Source of the DNA: Octopus vulgaris
Lineage: Eukaryota
Direction: 5' to 3'
Length of the DNA stretch: 64,000 nt
NCBI GenBank assembly: GCA_951406725.2
Contig: OX597833.1
Coordinates: 65,844,001-65,908,000, forward strand
In this document: positions 15,021 through 28,963 of the stretch, piece after piece
Layout of the letters: the number at the start of each line of letters is the position of its first letter
Numbering within the stretch: position 1 is the first letter of the stretch
Notes under the pieces: generated by a model
Told to the model about the DNA's origin: nothing
The model's database searches: none
What the model saw: only the letters and a program-made list of their open reading frames with translations
Translations under genes and position numbers: made by a program

Positions 15021-15902
15021 TCACAGGTACTCAGTCAAACACATGTTTGTTTATAGACACACACGTACTCAAACATACATGCACATACACACACACGCAC
15101 ACACACGCACACACACACATACACACACACATGCACAAACACAATACGATGAAAAATCAATGCGGTTCATTTGAAAAAGTGTAAAAAAAAAACAAGGATA
15201 CCAACAACAGCAGCAACAACAACAACAACAACAACAGTAGTAACAACAGCAACAACAACAACAGCAATAGCAAAGTTAAGAAATTAAGAGAAAGATAATA
15301 CATTGATGTAGATATAACAAGAAAACTAAAATAATAAAAAAAATAATAAATTTTAAAAAAATAACCTCTTCGCGGTAAACGGGTAGCAAAGGGATGGGAA
15401 TGGGGTAAAAATCATTTTCCAACAAATTTTATCTTTTGTGAAAACTTCAAGGAAATTTAATTCTATTGTTGTTGTTTTTTTTTTATTATTTTTTTAAGCT
15501 TCTTTCGTTACGTGTCTGTTTTTGTTGTTTTTAGTTTGTTTAATTATTTTTGTTTGTTTTTTGTGTTTGTGTTTATATATATTTTGCTTGGTTTCTATTG
15601 TACCTGATTACAGTGTTGGTTGCTGTTGTGGTTGTTGTTGTTATTATTGTTACTGGTGTTGTTTGTTTGTTAGCTTTGTTTGTTTTTTTATGCTTATTTT
15701 TGCATGTTAGTAAAAACAGTGTATTTCCTTCTTTGATAAGATTTTCTAAACAAAACGCACTTCATTCTACTTTCTGTTTATATAAAGGAAATTTTTAAAA
15801 CACCGTAAAAAAAATGCGAGAAAAATAATGATTCATATGCGTATATATATAATGATATATACACATGCATACACAGACTAATATGCATATATATATAGAC
15901 AC

Positions 15903-15989
<87 letters not shown>

Positions 15990-16548
15990 TATACATATAT
16001 TATATATGTATATATATTATATATATACATATATATATGTGCATGTGTGTATCTATATGATAAATATTTGTATATGCTTTGTATATTATATATATACATA
16101 TATATATCTGCGTATATCTATCAATGTATGTATACGTATATATGTATGTATGCATGTATGTATGTATGTATGTATGTAGATGTGTGCATGTATGTATGTA
16201 TGTATATGTGTGTATATATATATATAGCGATAATGAGCAAAGAGAATGAACAGAAAGTTACTAATCGCAATTATGTGCACAACAAAAGGGCAACAAATTT
16301 CTTGACTAATTGAAAATTATCTCCCCTTACAGAGGAGGCGCAACAATTGAGAGCAGCGCCAAATGAGAAAGGGGGATAATCTCCAAAATCAAGATTATTC
16401 CAAAACCTGACATAACATTAAAGAAAAAAATATAATTCTAAATGTCTGCAGACGAGAAGACATCTTTGAACATGTCTCTCTGCTCAACTCAATTGTTGTA
16501 CTGCACTATACATGACACATAACTATTTTATATTCATGTGCATACATA

Positions 16549-16723
16549 GGCACAGGAGTGGCTATGTGGAAAGTAGCTTGCTTACCAGCCAGATGGTTCC
16601 GGGTTCAATCCCTCTGCGTTGCACCTTGTACAAGTGTCTTCTACTATAGCCTTGATTTGTTCGACGAAAGGCGGTGCTACAGCATGGCCGTAGTCAAATG
16701 ACTGAAACAGGTAAAAGAGTAAA
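16549..16723 (+). mobile_element. SINE family B, internally deleted
   Basis: Head and core joined directly to the terminal GGCGGTGCTACAGCATGGCCGTAGTCAAATGACTGAAACAGGTAAAAGAG. Confidence 0.85.
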
Positions 16724-16796
16724 CTGATATAATAAAGGCTAAAGGGTAGTGAGCCCCGTTTGGTTATGAATGGCCATGAGATTGCACCTAGAATGT

Positions 16797-17127
16797 TACA
16801 TACATACATACATACATGCATACACACATACATACATACACACATACATACAAACATACATACATACATACATACACACATACATACATACTTACATATA
16901 TACATACATACACACATACATACATAGATACTTACATACATACATACATGCATGCATACATACACACATACATACATACATACATACATACATACATACA
17001 TACATACATACATACATACATACATGCATGCATGCATGCATACATACATACATACATACATACATACATACATACATACATACATACATACATACATACA
17101 TACATACATACATACATACATACATAC
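16797..17127. repeat. (CATA)n microsatellite
   Basis: Seen directly. Confidence 0.95.
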
Positions 17128-17651
17128 ACACACATATATGTATATACTTACTTAAATGTGCATATATGCGTATGTGCTTGAATGAATGCGACCGTATACA
17201 AGTGTATATCAGTTTGAGAGTGTATATGTGTATGATGGTATGTGTGTGTGTGTGAGTCTGTGTGTTTCCCTCCGAGGCACAAGTCCCGGACACGATTGCT
17301 TTATGGAAAAACAGCAGTCACCCATGCATACCAGCCTCCCTTTTTCATGACCCCGATGTTATCCAAAGGAAAGACAAAGAGGCTAATATATTTGTAGCGT
17401 GCATTTAGCTTTAAATCTATTTACAGTGCAGCGTTTCCTTCGTTGGACACATTTACAGGGCACTTATTTGTCTTTCTACAGTTGCATTCTGCAAAGTATA
17501 GCATGTTTATGTTGGACATACAGATCGGGAGGTTAAGGTTTGTATGATGTCTATATTAATCATACAACTATGAGTAGGTTTAACAAAATTTTTGGTGAAA
17601 ACTTTTATGGTATCTATAAAAAGTAAGATTCTAAAAAGATTTCAGGCAATA

Positions 17652-18067
17652 TATAGGCGCAGGAGTGGCTGTGTGGTAAGTAGCTTGCTAACCAACCACA
17701 TGGTTCCGGGTTCAGTCCCACTGTGTGGCATCTTGGGCAAGTGTCTTCTGCTATAGCCCCGGGCCGACCAATGCTTTGTGAGTAGATTTGGTAGACGGAA
17801 ACTGAAAGAAGCCTGTCGTATATATTTATATATATATATATGTGTGTGTGTGTATGTCTGTGTTTGTCTCCCTAGCATTGCTTGACAACCGATGCTGGTG
17901 TGTTTACGTCCCCGTCACTTAGCGGTTCGGCAAAAGACACCGATAGAATAAGTACTGGGCTTACAAAGAATAAGTCCTGGGGTCGATTTGCTCGACTAGA
18001 GGCGGTGCTCCAGCATGGCCGCAGTCAAATGACTGAAACAAGTAAAAGAAAAAAAAAGAAGAAAAAA
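17652..18067 (+). mobile_element. Full-length tRNA-derived CORE-type SINE (family B) with 13-bp TSD
   Basis: A box TGGCTGTGTGG, B box GGTTCAGTCCC, CORE-like TGGCATCTTGGGCAAGTG, internal TA/TG tract and A-rich tail. ATTTCAGGCAATA at 17639-17651 and 18068-18080. Confidence 0.92.
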
Positions 18068-18372
18068 ATTTCAGGCAATAAAACTGCTGCGCTAACGCCT
18101 GTGCAATTGAAGCGCAAGACCTGGGCTTTCTTGTCGCCAGGTGACCAGCGTATCTATTCAAAGTATCAACCATTCTCATTTGGTGTTCGTCTCAATTGCT
18201 ATCATGCAATTGGTGTGCGCTCTCTAGAAACGGAGATAATTCAATAAATGTCAAGATTCTACCTTGCGTGTTATGTAATATACGCTTATTTACTCTTCTT
18301 ATTCAAATTCGCCAAGATTTCTTTAATCCATAACACACACACACATATATACACGCGCACATACACAAAGGT

Positions 18373-18406
<34 letters not shown>

Positions 18407-18419
18407 AGAGAGAGATGAT

Positions 18420-18428
18420 GGATGGATG

Positions 18429-18498
<70 letters not shown>

Positions 18499-18571
18499 CA
18501 GACGGATAGATAGTGAGAGAGAGAGAGAGACAGACGGACAGACAGACAGACACATAGATAGACTGACAGGC

Positions 18572-18642
<71 letters not shown>

Positions 18643-18664
18643 CATACAGACAGACAGGCAGCTT

Positions 18665-18724
<60 letters not shown>

Positions 18725-18792
18725 CATACATACATACATACATACATACATACATACATACATACATACATACATACATACATACATACATA
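18420..18792. repeat. (GATA)n/(GACA)n/(CATA)n compound microsatellite
   Basis: Seen directly. Confidence 0.95.
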
Positions 18793-18932
18793 GATATGGT
18801 ATGTTCTGTTAAGGACGTATTATAGTACAGTACAAAACACGTACACGTTCCGGTTTCACCCTGTGTTATCCAGGAGTTGTATTATACGTACTTCCATATT
18901 TGCGTTTGAGTTCCTGTTGCGTGTGAAAAGAT

Positions 18933-19368
18933 AATTCAAAGAAATTGAAGTCAACAAGAAAGTGTACGGTTGGACAATCATTTTCGAGCACTACAATTGT
19001 TTCCACGCAACGTAGTTCTTTAGAGAGGTCTTTACGACCGTTTCCCTGCATTGTGAGATCTAGTTTTGTTTCCTTGGGTGATATGTAAATATTGCTTCCG
19101 TAGAATCAAATTCTCGGCTTCAAGACATTTTATAACTCAGCATTTGCGACTCCATCTTATGGCTGGAGTGCGATCTCAAATTCAAATTCTCAGAGGTAAT
19201 ATTTATATATCACCTGAGGAAACACAACTAGATCTCATAGTAAAAGGAAACGGTTGCATAATCAAACACCTGCATGCCTGGAGAACTACACATCGCATAG
19301 AAACAGTCGTTGCGATTGAAAATAAATTCCAGCCGTGCTCCTTCTCGTCGATTCCAATTCTTTCAATT
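18933..19368. repeat. Foldback element, ~175-bp imperfect inverted arms with hammerhead-like cores
   Basis: Arms 18933-19106 and 19186-19368, e.g. TGAGATCTAGTTTTGTTTCC vs GGAAACACAACTAGATCTCA. Confidence 0.85.
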
Positions 19369-19395
19369 GCAGATATATATATATATATATATACA

Positions 19396-19451
<56 letters not shown>

Positions 19452-19456
19452 CATAC

Positions 19457-19497
<41 letters not shown>

Positions 19498-19551
19498 ATG
19501 GCGGTGCCCCAGCATGGCCACAGCTCATTAGCTGAAACTGGAAAAATCAAA

Positions 19552-19631
<80 letters not shown>

Positions 19632-20088
19632 TAAATAGAAAGATAAGATTCTTTATTGGCCACACAGGGCTGCACACAGATGGGACAAGTTACAAGGTAG
19701 AGCTTTTCTTTTGCGGGATGAAAAAAAGGGGGTGGCGTAGGTTTTCGATCAAGAGGGATCGTAAAAGGGAAGAAAAGAACAAAAAAAAATTTTAAAAAAA
19801 GAGAAAAAAATAGAATAAAAAATAAAAAGAATAAAAGGAAAAAAAAGAAAGGGAAAGGAACAAAAGAAAAGAGAAATGAAAAAGATACATACATACATAT
19901 TGCTTTTATGCAAAAGTGTCGTAAGTACAAAACGTTGCTTTTCTAGGAAACGAAAAGATAGTTTGACCATTCCATAGCAAAACCGTTGTACTGCACTTCG
20001 ACAATTTTTAATATCTTGGCGTCTGAAGCAGCTGGAGATACGATAGTTTGACCAAAAGAAACGGCTAGTGCACGTAAAAATAAATATT

Positions 20089-20179
<91 letters not shown>

Positions 20180-20385
20180 GTGTGTATATGTTTGTCTGTG
20201 TTTGTCCACCAGATATCGTTTGACCACCAATGTTGGTGTGTTTACGTCGCCGCAACTTCGCGGTTCAGCAAAATAAATCGATAGAATAAATACTAGGCTT
20301 ACAGAAATTTAGTCCTAGGTTCGATTTGCTCGACTGCCAACTTGGCCGCAGTCAAATGACTGAAACAAATAAAAGAATAAAAGAA
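20180..20385 (+). mobile_element. SINE family B 3' portion
   Basis: Matches 17850-18050 (GGTGTGTTTACGTC...GATAGAATAA...GCAGTCAAATGACTGAAACAA). Confidence 0.8.
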
Positions 20386-20528
20386 GATATATATATATAT
20401 ATATTCATATAGATACATATACATATACGTACACACATATATGTACATATACACACACACATATATGTACATATACACACACATATGTATGTAAATATAT
20501 ATATATATTATATATGTATATATGTATG

Positions 20529-20576
<48 letters not shown>

Positions 20577-21067
20577 ATCCATATATTTATGGAAATGTTT
20601 TCCACAGAATAGAAAAAAAATTATAATTTTTCCAGTTTGATTTATGTTTTAAATTATGGAGGTAAACAACACACACAAACACACACACAATCAGATTGAA
20701 AGAGAGGGAGGGGGAGAGAGAAACACACACGTAATTCACACACGCACACAGTGACACACATCCGCATACAGACATACACACGCGCCATCCTCTCACACTT
20801 GGTCAAACACCTAAACATCAAACATACATACTCACGTATATAAACACGAATGTATGCACATGTATACAGAAACACGTGCACAAGCATACGCACTGGTATA
20901 AAAAATATACGCAGGTACATAAACACATATAGAAGAAGCACCAATATATTTTATACACATATAAACATGTTTGCATCCATTGGCATCAAATACACAAACA
21001 TAAGTATATACATTAAGCTAGTTTTAAAGTTATGAACACACACACATATATATATATATGTATATAG

Positions 21068-21152
<85 letters not shown>

Positions 21153-21500
21153 GAGAGATATGGACAGAAATATACATATTTATATATTTGTGTGTGTGTG
21201 TGTATGTGTGTGTTTGTGTGTGTGTGTGTGTGTATGTGTGTGTGTGTATTCTCGTGCAGGTGCTGGCTACTGTTACTGACTTTGCTCATCATTTTCTCAT
21301 CTTTTTTTCTCCCTTTATCTCACTTGCTCTCCATTCTTCGCTACACACAAACACACACACACACACACACACAATATTCATATATAATGTATAATATATA
21401 CATATGATATTTATATACTATTGTATAATATATATATAGAGAGAGAGATAGATAGATAGGTAGATTGATAGATAGATAGATAGATAGGTAGGTAGGTAGG

Positions 21501-21580
<80 letters not shown>

Positions 21581-21686
21581 TGGATAGATACATGCAAACA
21601 CATACCAACTCATTGTGACATAAAGACACATCATAGTGGCAAACATGTATGCACACACACACTCGCGAAGAAAATAAGTCATATTT

Positions 21687-21727
<41 letters not shown>

Positions 21728-22107
21728 TAATCCAAACAAGAAAACACAAACAAACATAAATAAACATAAACATAAATATTTGTGTATCTGTATTTATACA
21801 TTGATATTTTTTTTATATATTTATAAATGTTTATGTCCATATTTCTTAGCATTCTTTCGAATTGTAAGTTTCTGTGTTTTTTTATTTTTTGTTAAATTTT
21901 ACACCATCAAAGCAAAACATGTGCATATTTTCAGATCGTAGGAAATAACTTATAATGCAGAAAATGAATCGTCAAGACAATAGACGCAAACAAAGAAAAT
22001 ATCACCAAACATTTATTCATTCTTTAACCCTTGGTCGACATTCGATCGAGGATTATTCCACTTGTGGCCATCCTCCCTGTTTTGCAGTAACTAAGATTGC
22101 ATTAACC

Positions 22108-22329
22108 TATTTCTTTATTACCCACAAGGAGCTAAACATAGAGGGGACAAACAAGGACAGACATAGGTATTAAGTCGATTACATCGACCCCAGTGCGTAA
22201 CTGGTACTTAATTTATCGACCCCGAAAGGATGAAAGGCAAAGTCGACCTCGGCGGAATCTGAACTCACAACGTAACGGCAGACGAAATACCACAAAGCAT
22301 TTCGCCCGGCTTGCCAACGATTCTGCCAG
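22108..22329 (-). mobile_element. SINE family A monomer with 13-bp TSD
   Basis: GATTGCATTAACC at 22095-22107 and 22330-22342. Confidence 0.92.
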
Positions 22330-22448
22330 GATTGCATTAACCAATGTACTCTATTTGTTTCGGGAAATATTGAATGGCTTTTGGAGTAATTCTGAGGAAA
22401 AGGGTTTGGTAACATGTCTGTAGTTGGTTCGTGAACATGGAAGAAGTT

Positions 22449-22985
22449 TTAGATGCGAGCCTGGCGTAGAAAGGGAATCACGTATGGGATTTTTAAGGGA
22501 ATGTATACAAACGGAGTTGCAGGCGAGAAATACAGGCTGGAATTCCATTTAGTAGCGGTTTTAGAATGTTCTTGTTGCCGGACTACGAGACCTGCTTGTT
22601 TTACTCTCCGCTCCCTGATGATTTTGCTAAGTTGTCTCCTGTTAGCTCTCTCCACAATGTCTTCATTCTTCAAGTTGTCATGTCGGTATGTTCTCATAAT
22701 TTTTCTCAAGCATCTTTGGTGGAACATATCAAGCTTTCTATCATTTTCCCGTTGTTCTTCCATATCTCACTGACATAGAGAACTCCTAGTTGGACAGTGT
22801 TATTATGGGGGAGCGAGATATTTGTGCGTAAGCCGGCGGTGTTAGAAACCAGGTACAGCACATTTTCAGGAATACAGCCCAGGTTTTGGGCAATTCTTTG
22901 CTTGGCGTTAGTTTCAATTTCCCCATTAATATTGATGAAGCTACCCAGATTGGTGAATGTGTCTACCGTTTCGATATTTTGTTAA
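22449..22985 (-). mobile_element. RTE-clade LINE fragment (end of RT and C-terminal domain), decayed
   Basis: Minus strand gives QNIETVDTFTNLGSFI...GEIETNAKQRIAQ (F.YLGS motif) and KLDMFHQRCLRKIMR...NEDIVERA...IIRERRVK, typical of the RTE C-terminus. Confidence 0.8.
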
Positions 22986-23105
22986 CAGAAGAGACAGTCA
23001 AAATGGTGAAAAACAACGAAACTGCTGAAGCGGATTAAAATGGCCAAACATTGTGGAAACAACGTAACGACTGAACTATCAAGTCTGGGGAATTGTTACA
23101 GGCGT

Positions 23106-23157
<52 letters not shown>

Positions 23158-23425
23158 GAAATATGTTACGAAAAGAAAATGTAAAATACACGTGGAAATG
23201 TAAGGGTAAAATATGAAAAATCAACGAAATTGCATATTACAAATAGAAAAAGGCTATTTATGACAGGTAGTGACGAATATATACATTTAGATTGACTGAG
23301 GTAGTAATACGAGTCATAAATGTCATTATTAAGAGATGATTATAAGATGATAATAATAATAAAGAGAACAAAACGAACCAATTGGTTTACGCGAAGGCTA
23401 TTCATCGTTTGAATATATATGTATG

Positions 23426-23459
<34 letters not shown>

Positions 23460-23479
23460 TGTATGTATGTATTTGTTAT

Positions 23480-23705
23480 TTGTGCCTGTGTTTTTCCTCC
23501 CTCACCATCCCTTAATAACCGATGTTGGAGTGTTTACGTCCCCGTAACTTAGCGGCTCGGCAAAAGAGACTGATAGAATAAGTGATAGGCTTACAAAGAA
23601 TAAGTCCTGCGGTCGATTTGTTCGACTAAAGGCGGTGCTCCAGCATGGGCGCAGTCAAAATGACTGAAACAAGTAAAAGAATAAAAGAATATAAGAATAA
23701 AAGAA
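23480..23705 (+). mobile_element. SINE family B 3' portion
   Basis: Close match to 17855-18050, with a (TAAAAGAA)n tail. Confidence 0.85.
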
Positions 23706-24312
23706 TACTAGTTAATTTGTGTGGAGAAGCAAAAGGATTATCGGAATAGAAACACGGGTAAACAGCTTCGGTGAGGCTTTCGTTTTTTAACAGAAGAATT
23801 TGCATTAAACCTTCAACGATAGATTTAAGTGTAAATGCAATTTTTGCGTTGCAGTGGAAGATCGGCGTTTAAATCCGGTTAACTGAACAGAGAACAAAGA
23901 AACGGGAACGAAGAACAGCGAATATGTGCCACAATTAGAGGTGCTGAGAAAATGAGAATTAAAGATAACAACTCAAGGAGGGGGGTAGAAAAGACAGACA
24001 GACAGACAGACAAATAGAGAGGAGAGACTTGGGAGAGTTAGAGAGCGGTATTATACAAACGTGCGCTTTTTTTTCTCCGTTTCCTTTCCTAGATTTTCTC
24101 TCCTTTTTGTCGATTCTTTATTTCATCTGGAAAGTGTGTTCTCGAAACGTAAAAGACTTCCTCTCTTTTTTTTGTCCTTTTTCCTAACATTAAACCTAAT
24201 GCACTCGATTTGGTTGTTTGTTTTTTGCTTTTGTTTTTGTTTTTGTTTTCTCGTGTTGTATTGTGTTGCATAATATAATATTGTATTATATAATATAATA
24301 TAATATAATATA

Positions 24313-24585
<273 letters not shown>

Positions 24586-24715
24586 GAGAGAGAGAGGAGA
24601 TAAAGACAGATATGGAAAATGCGAATACAGAGTGAGAGAGAGAGACTGACAAAGTGAGATAAAGGAAATACAAAACCACAATAAGAGAGAGAGAGGAAGA
24701 AACACAGACAGACAG

Positions 24716-24746
<31 letters not shown>

Positions 24747-25531
24747 TAGACAGTTGAGCAGATAGACAATCAGAGAGACAGGCAAACAGACAGAGAGACA
24801 GGCAGACTGACTGACAGCCAGATAGACAGTTACATAGAAACACAGACCAACAGACGGGCAGTCAGATAAAGGGAAACAGAGACAGAGACAGACAGACAGA
24901 CAGATATGGAAATGATAGATTGAAGAAGACGTTTTCGTTTTCGTGTATATCTAACGGTTATTGTTAACGCAACTTTTGGACCCTTCCTATACTTACAATA
25001 TCCAAGGTTAGTTATTCATACGAAAACCACAAAGTCTTCCAGTGATTTCAATGAAAACTTTATTTAATAAACTTTTGTTTCTTTTGACTCATTCAATTTT
25101 CTGAACGAAGTGTCTCTTATCTACGCGCTTCTTCCGCGGATAACCTAATATGGTTAAGGACTTTACTACAAACGTTCAAACGGAAAGCGAACGATGGTCG
25201 ATAGTGAAGTGTGAGTGTGTGTCGATATCTTGTCTTTGCGGTGTGTTTACGACTGTGTCTGATTGTGAATGTGTATGTTTACGTATGTATATGTGTATTT
25301 GTGAGTGAGAGATAGTATGTGTATGTGTTAAGTAAGACGTATTGCTGTGATGTAAGAACTTGTCAACTCTCACAAATTATTTCTGTTCGTAAAGCCAGTT
25401 ATCTAACTGACGTTTAGCATAATAACTGAATTATCTAATTATTTATTATTTAATTCGCACAGAGAGAGACATTACTGAAACAAAGACACTCACACATGCA
25501 TCTATGTTTGTATATATGTATGTATGGATAC

Positions 25532-25627
<96 letters not shown>

Positions 25628-25628
25628 A

Positions 25629-25667
<39 letters not shown>

Positions 25668-25713
25668 TGTATGTATATATATGTATATATAAATGTATAT
25701 ATATATATGTATG

Positions 25714-25753
<40 letters not shown>

Positions 25754-25864
25754 ATATACGAATATATATAACTTCCAATACACTCTGTCATACGTATTAA
25801 TCATCTGGAATATATATATATATATATAAATAAATATATATATATATATATATGTGTGTGTATC

Positions 25865-25897
<33 letters not shown>

Positions 25898-25909
25898 CAT
25901 ATTTGTATG

Positions 25910-25943
<34 letters not shown>

Positions 25944-26708
25944 TGTATGTATGTATGTATGTATGTATGCGTGCATGTATGTATGCGTGCATGTTTGTAG
26001 GTATGTATACTACTAAGTTGGTAGCCGAAACGACGCTGGGGTCAACATGACAGCAGCACTGTGGACGAGATCAAACATGGCTAAATGAAATCAACGATGT
26101 TTTAAGAAAGCGAAAATGAGATTTAAGTCTCTCACCAGCGAACAATGAAAACCAATTTTACGTTTCAACCGTTTCCTCCTTTGATTAACAATGGTCTTTG
26201 TTTGCCGAGTTTGCATTCTTTCAAGAACCACCGTTTGCTTTGAGTGGCGATTCAACATCATTCCAACAAGACCCAATGGACCAAGATGACTGAGCATACA
26301 TTTATACACACACACACATACACACACACATACACACATACACACAAACATACAGACGTGCACGGATAAACAAGCGCAGACGCACACAGACGTAGGCAAA
26401 CCTAAGTGCTACGCGGCACCTCATATGTAAATGTCTAAATGTTGCACAAAGATATGCATAAGCACGTACTTTTTAGACGCTCAAGTGTGTATATTCGTAG
26501 ACGCACATACACACACAAATCTGTTGATGTGTGTGGATGAATGGGAAAGGGTGTGTGAATGTGTGCATGTGTGGGTACAAACCTGCATGTGTGTGTGTGT
26601 GTGTCTCCTGTCTGTCTCACTATATATGTACACATTTATAAACATGGATGCATATACATATGTGCTTGAGTATATATATATATGTATGTTTAAATATGTG
26701 TGTGTTTG

Positions 26709-26741
<33 letters not shown>

Positions 26742-26772
26742 ATGTATATATATATATGTGTGTGTGTGTGTT

Positions 26773-26821
<49 letters not shown>

Positions 26822-26828
26822 GTAAGTG

Positions 26829-26897
26829 TATAGATGAATTCCTCTATTTACATAATATCGAGGTCACTTTCTTTTTTTGTTATCTTACCGTTTTTAT

Positions 26898-26900
<3 letters not shown>
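26829..26900 (+). mobile_element. family P1 terminal fragment
   Basis: GAATTCCTCTATTTACATAATATCGAGGT...TTTTATCAA then (TA)n; reverse complement of 1989-2050. Confidence 0.65.
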
Positions 26901-26947
<47 letters not shown>

Positions 26948-27554
26948 ATATACACATACATAAATGTATGCATATATATATACAGATATATTTTATCTAT
27001 TTGTACGTATACATGTAACTGTAGATAAGTGTATTTGTGTATGTATGTATTTGTGTGTGTGTATGTGCGTGTACGTTCGTGTGTGTGTTTGTGTGTGTGT
27101 TACGAGAATTATTTCTGTGCTTCCCGTCAACACTCGTCTCAATAATGCGATCTTCAATAAAACCTGCCGTGTATATTTTTGAGTGAAAACTATGATATAA
27201 ATCAATTCACGTCAGACACAAAGAGAAACACAGAGCTAATATCAAACTGCAGACAGCATAACATTTTTTACTTCCCGTACCTGCTGGATGAGAGTTGAAA
27301 CAACGCAATGTTATACTAACGATATAAAAACAACGACGTTAATCTTTCGAATGTCCCAGACTCGCTTCAAAATCCACATCCTTTAGAAATGTTATTCTTT
27401 TATTCTTTTACTCGTTTCAGTCATTTCACTGTGGCCATGCTGGAGCACCACCTTAATATATGTTTCAATAGATAGTTGACTTTAAAGAGGCTCCCTCCTC
27501 CATTGTTGGTCGTTGTTTTTAACAATATTAATAAACAGAAGATTACTATATTGT

Positions 27555-27777
27555 CTGGCAGAAACGTTAGCACGCCGAGCGAAATGCGTGGCCGTATTTC
27601 GTCTGCCGTTACGTTCTGAGTTCAAATTCCGCCGAGGTCGACTTTGCCTTTCATCCTTTCGGGGTCGATAAATTAAGTACCAGTTACGCACTGGGGTCGA
27701 TGTAATCGACTTAATCCCTTTGTCTGTCCTTGTTTGTCCCCTCTGTGTTTAGCCCCTTAGTGGGTAGTAAAGAAATA
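27555..27777 (+). mobile_element. SINE family A monomer with ~12-bp TSD
   Basis: TATATTGTCTGG at 27547-27558 and 27778-27789. Confidence 0.92.
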
Positions 27778-27832
27778 TATATTGTCTGGAATTACCACTG
27801 GAATACTCGTCAGCTGTATGAAGCTGAAGCCT

Positions 27833-28137
27833 ATGTGGAGGCACATGGCCTAGTGGTTAGAGCAGCGGACTCGCGGTCGAGGGATCGCAGGTTCGAATCT
27901 CAGACCTGGCGGTGTGTGTATTTATGAGCGAAACACCTAAGCTCCACGCGGCTCCAGCAGAAGGTAATAGCGAACTTCTGCTGACTCTTTCGCCACAACT
28001 TTCTCTCACTCTTTCCTCCTGCATCTTGCAGCTCACCTGCGGCGTCCCGTCCAGGTGAGGAACCTATGCGCTAATAAAACCGGGAAACCGGCCATTATGA
28101 GCCAGGCATGGCTCGAGAAGGAACAGAAGGAACAAAC
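27833..28137 (+). mobile_element. tRNA-derived SINE family C (V-domain-like), inserted in an RTE LINE
   Basis: A box TGGCCTAGTGG, B box GGTTCGAATC, V-like CCTGCGGCGTCCCGTCCAGG and an AAC-type tail. Decayed 12-bp TSD at 27821-27832 and 28138-28149. Confidence 0.8.
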
Positions 28138-28139
28138 AA

Positions 28140-28400
28140 GCTGGAACCTGGACAGTATATAAGGCCCAAGTAGACATGCTACAAGCATATATGATGAGAC
28201 AGTTATGACGAATCATGAATAAAACACTGTTTGACAAGGGCATGAATGAAGAGACCTTACGGCGTACTGCCCTGCCTACTGTGATCGAAATCCTCATGGA
28301 TAGAAATTTCCGTTGGTTGGGCCACGTACAGAGAATGGACAAGAACAGGCTCCTCAGAAAAATCCTTTAATCTCAGCTATGCAAGGGGAAAAGAAACGAG
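28140..28400 (+). mobile_element. RTE-clade LINE C-terminal fragment
   Basis: TWTVYKAQVDMLQAYMMRQL*RIMN...NEETLRR...RNFRWLGHVQRMDKNRLLRKIL* contains the RWLGHV.RM motif and has stops. Confidence 0.85.
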
Positions 28401-28670
28401 GGTTGTTTAAGGATGTTGAATGAAAATACCCATGTTTCCAGAGGTGAATTATTCAAACCCCAAAGGATCTCTCTAAACACATGGCTATGGTGCTCCCCCA
28501 CTACTTCTGGTCGTGATCAGAGATGCACATATCGTCAGCCACTAAGGGACATTCTCAACTGAGTAAGGTCAAACAACTGACAAGCAAATCTGTGGTATTG
28601 AGCAGAATATTTGCTGTACCCATTTTTATACCAAGACAAAACAATGTACACAATAACACTGCCAATCAGT
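28399..28670. mobile_element. Interspersed repeat family D, (ATT)n-associated
   Basis: Matches 55030-55279 over ~270 bp and ends at (ATT)n. Confidence 0.85.
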
Positions 28671-28687
28671 TATTATTATTATTATCA

Positions 28688-28903
28688 TTTTATGTTTGAT
28701 TTTTGTTTCACATTTGTACAAGTTGGCTCCAAGTCTCATCCAGAGACCTCAAGAGACAACAAGTTGGAAGTTCATGTTGGTATTATGCCTAGGGTACCAT
28801 ATATTTGGTTTTGTACATAGTGTTGTTCTAGAGAATGTTTAAGAAACCATAAGAAAATTATGTTTGTTTTAAGACTTGAGATTACATAGAAAGTATTTTG
28901 CGT
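28688..28903 (-). mobile_element. 3' end of a probable R4/Dong-like LINE with (TAA)n tail
   Basis: Minus strand: ATACGCAAAATACTTTCTATGTAA (IRKILSM*), a ~200-nt UTR, then (TAA)n. Only a few codons remain, so the clade is an inference. Confidence 0.4.
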
Positions 28904-28906
28904 ATT

Positions 28907-28963
<57 letters not shown>

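Noticed and set aside
19900-20090. Possible Penelope ORF end (KCRKYKTLLF*) plus CTGAAGCAG...GAAACGG motif
   Set aside because: Too short and degenerate to support without a search.
27482-27691. Recurrent MRNWYL...RPRKDERQSRPRRNLNSER ORF as a multicopy gene
   Set aside because: It is the antisense translation of SINE family A.
27837-27905. tRNA gene
   Set aside because: A and B boxes continue into a SINE body with tail and TSD; no clean cloverleaf or poly-T terminator.
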